Below the pieces are notes generated by a model that made no database searches, was not told the origin of the DNA, and saw nothing but the letters and a program-made list of their open reading frames with translations. Position numbers and translations under genes: made by a program. Shown here one piece after another: positions 7,302 to 15,053 of a DNA stretch of 32,000 bases (positions are counted from its first letter, which is position 1; every line of letters starts with the position of its first letter). Source of the DNA: Ktedonobacterales bacterium (GTDB taxonomy: Bacteria; Chloroflexota; Ktedonobacteria; Ktedonobacterales; JADMIN01); contig CP126532.1 of NCBI GenBank assembly GCA_030167145.1, positions 180,001-212,000 on the forward strand, written 5' to 3'.

Positions 7302-9305
7302 GTGCATTTCTCCGACCTTGGCGCGATCGCGCAGCTTCTGGCGTTCATTTTCGCCGTATATGCGCTTCTTGCCTCTCTCCTTGGCGGCATCCGGCAACAA
7401 TCGGCCCTGCTTGCCAGTGGGCGGCGCGCCGTGCTCATGGTCGCGGGCTTCCTCCTGATTGCCGCTATCGCCCTCATCGTCTCCTTCCTTCAGCGCGACT
7501 TCGGCCTGCGCTATGTTGCCGAGCATTCCAGCACTGCGATGCCCTGGTACTATACCCTCGCCGCGTTCTACGGCGGCCAAGAAGGTTCACTCCTCTACTG
7601 GACCACTATGCTTGCCATCTTCTCCTCAGTCGCGGTCCTGCTGCACCGCCGCGCCCCCGCTGGCCTCATGCCCTATGTCGTCGCGGTGCTCATGACGATT
7701 GATGGCTTCTTCCTCTTCGTCCTCAATTTCGTCACCACGCCCTTCGGCCGTCTCCGCATCGCCCCCACCGACGGCCAGGGCCTCAATCCTATCCTGCAAG
7801 ACCCTGGCATGCTCGTCCATCCACCGATGCTGCTCATGGGCTACATGAGCTGGTCCATACCCTTCGCCTTCGCCATGGCCGCCATGATCAGCGGCAGACT
7901 CGATGGCGCCTGGCTCCGCGCCATCCGCCGCTGGACCCTCGTCGCCTGGAGCATCCAAACCACTGGCCTGCTGCTCGGCGCGTGGTGGGCTTATCATGTC
8001 CTTGGCTGGGGCGGCTACTGGGGCTGGGATCCCGTAGAGAACGCGGCACTGCTACCCTGGCTCACCGCGACCGCATTCCTCCACTCCATCATGGTCCAGG
8101 AGCGTCGTGGCTCCCTCAAAGTCTGGAATCTTGGCCTCATCCTGGCTACCTTTGGCCTCTCGCTCTTCGGCACCTTCGAGGTCCGCAGCGGTATCATTAC
8201 CTCTGTCCATTCCTTCGCCTATTCCGCGATTGGCCCGTACTTCCTGGGTTTCCTTGCCTTCGCGGTACTCGGCTCGCTCGCGATCTTCATCTACCGCCTC
8301 CCACGCCTGCATCCCGAACACGAATTCGACTCCTTCGTCTCTCGTGAAGGCAGCTTCCTGCTCAACAACTTCCTGCTCACTGGCATTGCCTTTGTCGTCT
8401 TCTGGGGCACCATCTTCCCCATCATCTCCGAGACCGTTCGTGGCCAGACCATGACCGTCGGCACCGCCTTCTATCAGCAAGCCACAGGACCACTGTTCCT
8501 CCTGCTGATCTTCACCATGGGCATCGGCCCGCTTCTTGCCTGGCGACGCGCCTCACTCACCAGCATTTGGCGTAACTGTCGTTGGCCAGCTCTTGCCGCC
8601 GCGCTCTGCGCCATCATCCTGCCAGTGCTCGGCGTCACCAACATCCTCGCCAACATTGGCTTCGCTGTCTGCGCCTTCGCCGCTGGCACGATCATCTACG
8701 AACTGTGGCGCGGCGTTCGTGTTCGCCACGCCCACGGCGAGGCATATCACCGCGCCCTCGTCACGCTTATCAGCCGTCACCGCCAGCGCTACGGCGGCTA
8801 CCTCGTCCATCTCGGTCTCATCACCCTGGCGATTGGCGTCATCGGCTCGCAGTTCTTCCAGGCGAAGAACGAATTCATCCTCCACAAAGGCGACACAGCG
8901 CACATCAACGGGTACGCCATCACCTATCAGGGCATCAGTGGCCACATGGACGGCGATGTCCAGGTCATCCAGACGCGCTTCGGCGTCTCCTACAACGGCC
9001 AGCACATGCAAGACATCGCTCCCGGCGAACGCATCTTCCCCGGCTTCGAGAGTCAGCCTACCAGCATTGTCTCGATTACCACCCATAACCTGTCGGACCT
9101 CTACGTCTTCCTGTCCGGGTATGAAGGCACAGACCTCGCCTCCATCAAAGTCTTCATCAACCCACTCGTTCCGCTTGTCTGGCTTGGTGGCCTGCTGATG
9201 CTCTTCGGTGGCATCGTCTGCTGGTGGCCGCCTCGTCCGCTAGCAAAACGCATCACCGAGCGCACGCCTCCCACATCCGCGAAGCCAGTGGAGGTGATGG
9301 CATGA
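7302..9305 (+). CDS. ccmF: Cytochrome c heme lyase subunit CcmF
   Basis: 667-aa polytopic protein with the WWD domain WGGYWGWDPVENAALLPWL and conserved His residues. GTG start with AGGAG RBS. Its stop overlaps the ccmH start (ATGA). Confidence 0.93.
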   Translation: MHFSDLGAIAQLLAFIFAVYALLASLLGGIRQQSALLASGRRAVLMVAGFLLIAAIALIVSFLQRDFGLRYVAEHSSTAMPWYYTLAAFYGGQEGSLLYWTTMLAIFSSVAVLLHRRAPAGLMPYVVAVLMTIDGFFLFVLNFVTTPFGRLRIAPTDGQGLNPILQDPGMLVHPPMLLMGYMSWSIPFAFAMAAMISGRLDGAWLRAIRRWTLVAWSIQTTGLLLGAWWAYHVLGWGGYWGWDPVENAALLPWLTATAFLHSIMVQERRGSLKVWNLGLILATFGLSLFGTFEVRSGIITSVHSFAYSAIGPYFLGFLAFAVLGSLAIFIYRLPRLHPEHEFDSFVSREGSFLLNNFLLTGIAFVVFWGTIFPIISETVRGQTMTVGTAFYQQATGPLFLLLIFTMGIGPLLAWRRASLTSIWRNCRWPALAAALCAIILPVLGVTNILANIGFAVCAFAAGTIIYELWRGVRVRHAHGEAYHRALVTLISRHRQRYGGYLVHLGLITLAIGVIGSQFFQAKNEFILHKGDTAHINGYAITYQGISGHMDGDVQVIQTRFGVSYNGQHMQDIAPGERIFPGFESQPTSIVSITTHNLSDLYVFLSGYEGTDLASIKVFINPLVPLVWLGGLLMLFGGIVCWWPPRPLAKRITERTPPTSAKPVEVMA

Positions 9306-9865
9306 ACTGGACATCCCTAATCCGCCGCCCAGCATTCCTCATCGCCCTTGCTGTGCTCATCATCATCGGGCTAGTCTGGGGCATCACCGCCGTTCGCGCC
9401 GCTCAGCCTCTGACACTCGATCAGCACGTCTATTCCATCGCCAACCAGCTACAATGCCCCGTCTGCAATGGAGAATCCGTCGCCGACTCGCCATCACCTG
9501 TCGCCCAGGAAATTCGCTCGGTCATCCGCGAACAGATCATCGAGGGCAAGTCGGACCAGCAAATCCTCAGCTACTTCCACCAGCACTACGGCGATAGCAT
9601 CCTCGAAAGCCCGCCAAAACAAGGCTTCACATCGCTCATCTGGCTCGCGCCGATCATCATGCTCCTCGCGGGCCTCGTCCTCCTATGGAGCGTCGCGCGT
9701 GAATGGAACGCACGTCCGAAACTTGCCGGTGACCCAGATACGGGTGCAGACACCGTCCTGGAGCTTACCGCCGACGAGCGCCAGCGTTACCTTAGGCAGC
9801 TACAACACGAGCTTGACCTTGAAACCATCCAGAATCTACCCGCGACGAAGGAGGTAAGCGCATGA
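9302..9865 (+). CDS. ccmH: Cytochrome c maturation thiol oxidoreductase CcmH (CycL-type)
   Basis: Signal/anchor, LRCxxC-type motif LQCPVCNGESVADS, a second TM (LIWLAPIIMLLAGLVLLW) and a short cytoplasmic tail. ATG 9302 overlaps the ccmF stop. The ORF-track extension to 9224 is rejected. Confidence 0.85.
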   Translation: MNWTSLIRRPAFLIALAVLIIIGLVWGITAVRAAQPLTLDQHVYSIANQLQCPVCNGESVADSPSPVAQEIRSVIREQIIEGKSDQQILSYFHQHYGDSILESPPKQGFTSLIWLAPIIMLLAGLVLLWSVAREWNARPKLAGDPDTGADTVLELTADERQRYLRQLQHELDLETIQNLPATKEVSA

Positions 9866-10332
9866 TGCCGATTCTTTTCGCCATCCTCCTTGGTCTCACT
9901 GCCGTCGTCATCGTCATCTATCCTTTGCTGGGTCTGAATACTTCTCACGTCGAAGAAGCCACTCCGGCCCCCATCGCCGACGCAGCCGAACATGAGCGCA
10001 CTGCCAAACAGGCCCTGCTTGACGTGGACTTCGACTACCGCCTCGGCAATCTCGAAGCCACCGACTACGCCGACCTGCGCGAGCGCTATGAGCGACGTGC
10101 GCTCTCCGCGATGAAAGCGCGCTACGACCACGAGCATGAACTCGATGCGCTCATAGATCAGCAGCTAGCGCACCTTCGCGCCCAACAAAATGCGCAGCGC
10201 GACCCCCACATCTCGACGAAATCCCATCGCCGCTCACTATCTCCTTCTACAACCACGCGGCGATCAGCCAAGACTGCTAGTGATTCATCTTCAGCGCAAG
10301 GCATCCGCGCGCGGCGGCGGAGGGGAGTATAG
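9862..10332 (+). CDS. Uncharacterised single-TM protein embedded in the ccm operon (possible CcmI-N-like module)
   Basis: N-terminal TM (ILFAILLGLTAVVIVIYPLLGL), then a helical motif ERTAKQALLDVDFDYRLGNLEATDYADLRERY and a basic disordered tail. Strong RBS AAGGAGG. Its start overlaps the ccmH stop. Confidence 0.7.
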   Translation: MMPILFAILLGLTAVVIVIYPLLGLNTSHVEEATPAPIADAAEHERTAKQALLDVDFDYRLGNLEATDYADLRERYERRALSAMKARYDHEHELDALIDQQLAHLRAQQNAQRDPHISTKSHRRSLSPSTTTRRSAKTASDSSSAQGIRARRRRGV

Positions 10333-10333
10333 C

Positions 10334-11971
10334 ATGCGGCGACTCACTCCCATCCTTGCCCTATCTCTGCTTGCCGTGGCGCTTTGCCTCGTCTTGCTGC
10401 CTGCATCTCATGTCCAGGCAGCCGCGCGCCTTGATACCACCGGTGCCCTCACCGTCGCCGTAGAGAACATCACCCATGACAATGCGCCCGTAGACAGCCA
10501 GACTATCACGCTTCAGGCGCTCCAGGGCGGCACAACGCAGGATGCCGCCACCGTAACCACCAATAACGCTGGCCGCGCGACTTTCACTGGCCTCGATGCC
10601 AGCGGCAACACCACCTACGCCATCTACACCCGCTTCCAGGGCGGCCTCTTCTTTGGCTCTGCCATCAGCTTCGATACCAGCGCAACGCAGCAAACCACTC
10701 TCACTGTGGCTGATGCTACCACCAGCGACGCGGCGCTGCGCATCACCAGCGCCAACATCCTTATCAACCAGGTAAATAAAACCAAGGGCCTGATCTCCGT
10801 CGGAGAGTTCCTAACCTTCGCCAACACCGGCAACACCGCTTATGTCGGCAACCTGACACCTGCCAATGGCAAGCCAATGAATCTGCTGCGCTTCTCGCTT
10901 CCACCCGACGCAACCAACCTCACCCTTGGCGCTGGTTTCGCCCAGACGCAGGCCGTTCAGGTTGATACCGGCTTTGGCGCCAATGCCACCGTCCCACCTG
11001 GCGCCTCGAACTTCGCCTTCGCCTTCGATGTCCCCTACACTGGAACCTCCTACACCTTCACCTACAAAGCCGAATATCCCACCGACAAGGTGCTCGTCCT
11101 CTCGTCGCCGGGCATGAACGCGACCTCCACCAACCTTGCCCCTCAACCGCCCATCAGTGCCAGTGGCCAGAGCTTTGCCGTGCTCTCCGGCGGCACACAG
11201 CCGTCCGGCAACACCGTCACCTTTGCACTGAATCATTTACCGCTTGCTGGCGAAGACCCAGATTTTGATTTCCGCCTGCTGCTCATCGTCGGCGCAATCC
11301 TCACCCTGCTGCTACTCATCCTACTTGGCCTCTACGTCCGTCGTGGCGCGCTGGTTGTAGCCTTGCGTCCGGCTCCGCGCACCTCGCGTACTCGCGCGTA
11401 TCTCCCTACCAGCGACCAAACCCGCACAGCCGAGCGCAAGCAACTCCTCCAAGCCCTGCTCGACCTCGACACCGCTCGCACATCTGGCGCAGTGAGCGAG
11501 AACAAATACCGCGCCCGCCAATCCGAACTCCGCGCTTCCCTCCGCGCCCCCCTCGCCGCTGATACCGATTCACCCAACCTTGGCGAGAATACCAAAGCGC
11601 ACGCTCCCAGCCGCGCTCCTGACCGCCCGACCACGCCATCGGCAACTGACTCTCTCGCCAAATCGGCAGAATCGGCAACTCACGCCCAGACACTCATGAA
11701 TGAAAAATCGGCAGAATCGGCAACTCCGGCAACTGCCACAATCCAAAATCGGGGCGAAAACGGCGAAAATTCTCCGGCCAATTCCCGTCATAACCCGCCA
11801 TTTCCCCCCAACCACACCGCAACATCGGCAGAATCGGCAACTGGCGTTGCTGTCTCCGTAAATGAAAAATCGGCAGAATCGGCAACTGTCAGCGCGACCA
11901 CATCGGCCATTCCGGCCACCGCCACCAGCAAGAACAGGCGATCCAAATCGCCGCGAGGAGGAGCAAGATGA
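10334..11971 (+). CDS. Uncharacterised secreted/membrane protein embedded in the ccm operon. Layout: signal peptide, beta-rich ectodomain (carboxypeptidase-regulatory-like first domain), TM, repeat-containing cytoplasmic tail
   Basis: Signal peptide with AxA site (SHVQA-AARL). A Thr/Asn/Gly-rich beta-type region of about 340 aa. TM LLLIVGAILTLLLLILLGLYV followed by RR. The tail carries ERKQLLQALLDLD and four KSAESAT repeats. RBS GGAGGGGA precedes ATG 10334. Its stop overlaps the ccmA start (ATGA). Confidence 0.75.
   Translation: MRRLTPILALSLLAVALCLVLLPASHVQAAARLDTTGALTVAVENITHDNAPVDSQTITLQALQGGTTQDAATVTTNNAGRATFTGLDASGNTTYAIYTRFQGGLFFGSAISFDTSATQQTTLTVADATTSDAALRITSANILINQVNKTKGLISVGEFLTFANTGNTAYVGNLTPANGKPMNLLRFSLPPDATNLTLGAGFAQTQAVQVDTGFGANATVPPGASNFAFAFDVPYTGTSYTFTYKAEYPTDKVLVLSSPGMNATSTNLAPQPPISASGQSFAVLSGGTQPSGNTVTFALNHLPLAGEDPDFDFRLLLIVGAILTLLLLILLGLYVRRGALVVALRPAPRTSRTRAYLPTSDQTRTAERKQLLQALLDLDTARTSGAVSENKYRARQSELRASLRAPLAADTDSPNLGENTKAHAPSRAPDRPTTPSATDSLAKSAESATHAQTLMNEKSAESATPATATIQNRGENGENSPANSRHNPPFPPNHTATSAESATGVAVSVNEKSAESATVSATTSAIPATATSKNRRSKSPRGGAR
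11638..11887 (+). repeat. Intragenic direct repeats: 4 perfect copies of atcggcagaatcggcaact (19 bp), two extended to 27 bp
   Basis: Copies at 11662-11680, 11707-11725, 11824-11842 and 11869-11887, with spacing 45/117/45 bp. The 27-bp identity is 11699-11725 versus 11861-11887. A partial copy atcggcaact lies at 11638-11647. In frame the repeat encodes (K/T)SAESAT. Confidence 0.9.
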
Positions 11972-12738
11972 GCCTCCGCATGGCAAATATCCCAGACCCC
12001 TCCCTCTCACTCCCGCCTGTAGGCCATCAGAGCGCCGTCGAAGTCGCCAACGTCGGCAAGGTCTACGGCGTCCGCCCTGTGCTGCGCGGCATCAGCTTCT
12101 CAGTTCCCACCGGCGTCTCACTTGCGCTGCTCGGTCCTAATGGCGCGGGCAAGACCACCCTGCTCCGTGCCCTCGCCACCCTGACCACCTTCACCACTGG
12201 AACCGCCAGCATCCTTGGCCTAGACCTCCGCGCAGACGCTGCGCAGATCCGCCACATCATCGGGTATGTCGGCCATCAGCCACACCTCTACGATGAACTA
12301 ACCGCCTCTGAAAATCTGCTCTTCTTCGCCCGCATGTACGGCCTACCCGACGGCCCCCGCCGCACCACTGAGCTACTCGAACGGGTCGGCCTGCGCCTCA
12401 AGACCAGCGACCGCGTCCGCACGCTCTCGCGCGGCCAAGTGCAACGCCTCGCCCTGGCCCGAGGTATCCTGCACGATCCTGCTGTGTTGCTACTCGACGA
12501 ACCCGATACTGGTCTCGACGAAGACGCTGCGGCCCTGCTGCAAACCATTATCAACGAGCGCCAGCAGCGCGGCCAGACCACACTCTTCACCACCCACCAG
12601 CTAGATCGCGCCTTATCGCTCAGCACACAAAGCGTCGTCCTTGTCAATGGCCGCCTCGTCTACGCTGGTCCGGCAGCAGATCTGACGCCCGCCGAGGTGC
12701 GCGCCCTCTACGCAACCAGCAAGAGGAGGACGCCATGA
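11968..12738 (+). CDS. ccmA: Heme exporter ABC transporter ATP-binding protein CcmA
   Basis: Walker A GPNGAGKTT, signature LSRGQVQRLALA, Walker B LLLDEP. RBS GAGGAGGA. Followed directly by ccmB/ccmC with overlapping stop and start codons. Confidence 0.88.
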   Translation: MSLRMANIPDPSLSLPPVGHQSAVEVANVGKVYGVRPVLRGISFSVPTGVSLALLGPNGAGKTTLLRALATLTTFTTGTASILGLDLRADAAQIRHIIGYVGHQPHLYDELTASENLLFFARMYGLPDGPRRTTELLERVGLRLKTSDRVRTLSRGQVQRLALARGILHDPAVLLLDEPDTGLDEDAAALLQTIINERQQRGQTTLFTTHQLDRALSLSTQSVVLVNGRLVYAGPAADLTPAEVRALYATSKRRTP

Positions 12739-13409
12739 CATTCCGCCTCTTCTGGAACCAGATGCTCGCCATCCTCTGGAAAGACCTGCGCTGCGAACTC
12801 CGCACCCGCCAGGTCTGGATCAGCATGGCCATGTTCGCCCTGCTCGTGCTGATAGTCTTCAATTTCGCCTTTGACCTGCGCGTAGACAATAAAGCCGCCG
12901 TCGCGCCTGGCGCGCTATGGATCGCCTTCGTCTTTGCCAGCACGCTCGGCCTTGGACGCACCATCACTGCCGAACAAGAGAAAGGCTTGATGGACCGTCT
13001 GCTGCTCTGCCCGGTAGACCGCAAGGCCATCTACTTCGCGAAGTTACTCGGCAACCTTGTCTTCATTGGCGTGGTGGAGGTCATTGCCGTCCCCATCTTC
13101 GCCGTGCTTTACGATCTGCCAGTCTTCACCGGCGGCATCATCCCCATCGTCGTCCTCGGCACGATTGGCATTGCCGCGCTCGGCACCATCTTCTCCGCTA
13201 TTGCGGCGAACACCCAGGCGCGGGAGGTATTGCTCCCCCTGCTCCTGTTTCCCTTGCTTGTTCCTGTCGTTATAGCCGCCGTCAAGGCAACCCAGGCTCT
13301 GGTCAACCCTGTCAGTGGTGATGCGCCCTGGATTGGACTTATCGCTGCCTTCGATGTCATCTTCCTCAGTATCTCAGCCGTCACGTTCCAATACGTGATT
13401 GAGGAGTGA
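12735..13409 (+). CDS. ccmB: Heme exporter membrane protein CcmB
   Basis: Six-TM protein with a CcmB-like N-terminus (ILWKDLRCELRTR) and the EQEKGLMDRLLLCPV motif typical of the family. ATGA overlap with ccmA. Confidence 0.85.
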   Translation: MTFRLFWNQMLAILWKDLRCELRTRQVWISMAMFALLVLIVFNFAFDLRVDNKAAVAPGALWIAFVFASTLGLGRTITAEQEKGLMDRLLLCPVDRKAIYFAKLLGNLVFIGVVEVIAVPIFAVLYDLPVFTGGIIPIVVLGTIGIAALGTIFSAIAANTQAREVLLPLLLFPLLVPVVIAAVKATQALVNPVSGDAPWIGLIAAFDVIFLSISAVTFQYVIEE

Positions 13410-13413
13410 AACC

Positions 13414-14172
13414 GTGCAAATTGCAAGTTCGCGCCCGGCCCAACCGGGCACGGCGACACCAACACCCCTGCCGCCATGGCTTATGCCAGTCCGCCGTTAT
13501 GGCGAATATGTTCTCGGCGCCGCCGCCGCCCTGAGCATCCTCGCCACCATCTGGGCCGCGTTCGTATACGCCCCCACCGACGCCCTGCAAGGGAATGTAC
13601 AGCGCATCGAATATTTCCATGTCCCGATGGCGTGGGTGGCCTATCTGGCCTTTTTCGTCGTCTTTGTTGCCAGTATTCTCTATCTCTGGCGCAAAAACGC
13701 CCGCTGGGATGTGCTAGCCCGCGCCAGCGCCGAAGTTGGCACTGTCTTCACGACCCTCGTTCTTATCACTGGGTCGCTCTGGGGGCGCACCGTCTGGGGC
13801 ACCTGGTGGCAGTGGGATGCCCGGATGACCACCACGCTCATTCTTTGGTTCATCTATGTAGGGTATCTGCTGCTTCGCTCCTACACCGGCCTATCCGAGG
13901 GGGGAGCACGCGCCGCCGCGGTTTTGGGCATCATCGGCTTCATTGACGTGCCAATCAACTACCTCTCAGTAACATGGTGGCGCACATTGCACCCCAGTTA
14001 TCAGGTGCCGCTTGGCAGCGAAGCACAGGCCCCCGCCTCTGTCGTCCTGGCGCTCATGCTGGGACTTCTGGCTTTCACCCTGCTCTACGCCTTCCTAACT
14101 GTGCAGGTCTATCGGCTTAACAAAATCCAGCGCGCGGCCCAGGTGCTGCGAGTACGCGCAGAGATGGAATAG
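13414..14172 (+). CDS. ccmC: Heme exporter / heme-handling protein CcmC
   Basis: WWD motif WGTWWQWDARMTTTLILW plus flanking conserved His residues (YFHVPMAW, RTLHPS). GTG 13414 with GAGGAG 8 nt upstream is preferred over TTG 13399. Confidence 0.9.
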   Translation: MQIASSRPAQPGTATPTPLPPWLMPVRRYGEYVLGAAAALSILATIWAAFVYAPTDALQGNVQRIEYFHVPMAWVAYLAFFVVFVASILYLWRKNARWDVLARASAEVGTVFTTLVLITGSLWGRTVWGTWWQWDARMTTTLILWFIYVGYLLLRSYTGLSEGGARAAAVLGIIGFIDVPINYLSVTWWRTLHPSYQVPLGSEAQAPASVVLALMLGLLAFTLLYAFLTVQVYRLNKIQRAAQVLRVRAEME

Positions 14173-14184
14173 GAGTTGCCACAC

Positions 14185-14358
14185 ATGAACGACAACGGAT
14201 TTCTCATCGCCGCCTATCTCATCGTATGGCTGGGATTACTCGGCTATCTAGGCTGGGTTACGCTTCGCATGCGTGGCGTACAGGCAGACCTCCAGGCTGT
14301 TCGCGAACTGGTCGAGCAGCGAGATCAGCCGAACGCCAGTACGCCGCACCACGAGTGA
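14185..14358 (+). CDS. ccmD: Small single-TM heme exporter protein CcmD
   Basis: 57 aa with a single TM (FLIAAYLIVWLGLLGYLGWVTL) followed by basic residues, immediately after ccmC. AGGAG lies 9 nt upstream of ATG 14185. Confidence 0.7.
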   Translation: MNDNGFLIAAYLIVWLGLLGYLGWVTLRMRGVQADLQAVRELVEQRDQPNASTPHHE

Positions 14359-14417
14359 ACGAGGTCCCGCACGGCTCACGTTAATCGCCGTTACCGGCAG
14401 CAGCAAGAGCAAAAAGT

Positions 14418-14449
14418 GGCCAGGAATGAAGAAGCATCTAGTCCTGGCC
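14418..14449 (+). terminator. Stem-loop after ccmD (8-bp stem ggccagga/tcctggcc, 16-nt loop), possible end of the ccm operon
   Basis: Perfect inverted repeat 60 nt downstream of the ccmD stop, followed by gccagtcttt. The large loop and weak U-tract keep confidence low. Confidence 0.3.
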
Positions 14450-14458
14450 GCCAGTCTT

Positions 14459-14467
14459 TGATACAAT
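14459..14467 (+). promoter_or_regulatory. Candidate extended -10 promoter (TGaTACAAT) for the ctaF-like/ctaE pair
   Basis: tgatacaat matches the TGnTAnnnT extended -10 and lies 73 nt upstream of ATG 14540, in the only sizeable gap of the cox/ccm block. No convincing -35. Confidence 0.35.
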
Positions 14468-14539
14468 GGTAGATGCTTCAAAGCAGAGTACGCGCTCACC
14501 CTACCGTGAGCGGAAAACCCTAGATCGAGGAGAGACCAC

Positions 14540-14998
14540 ATGCCCGAGAACTATGAGGTGGTGTACACCCATCCGACTGGGGCCACCGCTACATTCATCC
14601 GCCACGATGGCGAGCTTGACGCCCTCGCCAAAGCGCTCGACTCAGAGCAATTCTGGGTCTTCAAGAATGTGAAGTCCTTGTTGGTACGCAATGACGTAGG
14701 CGACCTCGCCGAAGCGAATCGCTTGATGCGCGCCATCGGCTTCAGCGAAACCGTCCGCGAAATTACCAAACCTCAGCCGGTCGCTGTCCCCGAGCCAGTT
14801 GCAGTCGCCGCGCCCGTCGAAGAACATCACGGTTTGCACCTACCCGGCCCAAGCTACTGGCCAATACTCCTGGGAGCCTCCGTCACCATTGCGCTTGGTG
14901 GATGGTTGACATTCCAGACACTTTCCATCACCGTCATCGCCATCGGCATGGTGCTGACCTTCATCTGCATGATCGGCTGGGGTCTCGAACAATACTGA
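14540..14998 (+). CDS. Cytochrome oxidase small subunit, CtaF(subunit IV)-like 2-TM C-terminus fused to an unknown ~100-aa N-terminal soluble domain
   Basis: The C-terminal HLPGPSYWPILLGASV ... two-TM segment resembles the SPHSWWP-containing second half of actinobacterial CtaF. Sits directly upstream of ctaE. RBS GAGGAGA. Confidence 0.6.
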   Translation: MPENYEVVYTHPTGATATFIRHDGELDALAKALDSEQFWVFKNVKSLLVRNDVGDLAEANRLMRAIGFSETVREITKPQPVAVPEPVAVAAPVEEHHGLHLPGPSYWPILLGASVTIALGGWLTFQTLSITVIAIGMVLTFICMIGWGLEQY

Positions 14999-15053
14999 TT
15001 GGCTCCGCCCAATCCGTTGTAATAGCACTACCACGGAAGAGGAATTATCCATC

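Noticed and set aside
11662-11887. Repeat/spacer/repeat pattern (19-bp repeats, 26-nt spacers) that superficially resembles a mini CRISPR array.
   Set aside because: There are only four short repeats, with irregular spacing (45/117/45). They lie in frame inside a long ORF whose stop overlaps the ccmA start. There is no leader and no cas genes. It is better explained as an intragenic repeat.
11570-12010. Minus-strand 146-aa ORF with striking CRFCRF repeats, and ORF 11694-11885 with LPILPIF repeats.
   Set aside because: These are reverse-frame images of the KSAESAT DNA repeats. They run antisense across the ccmA start and have no start context.
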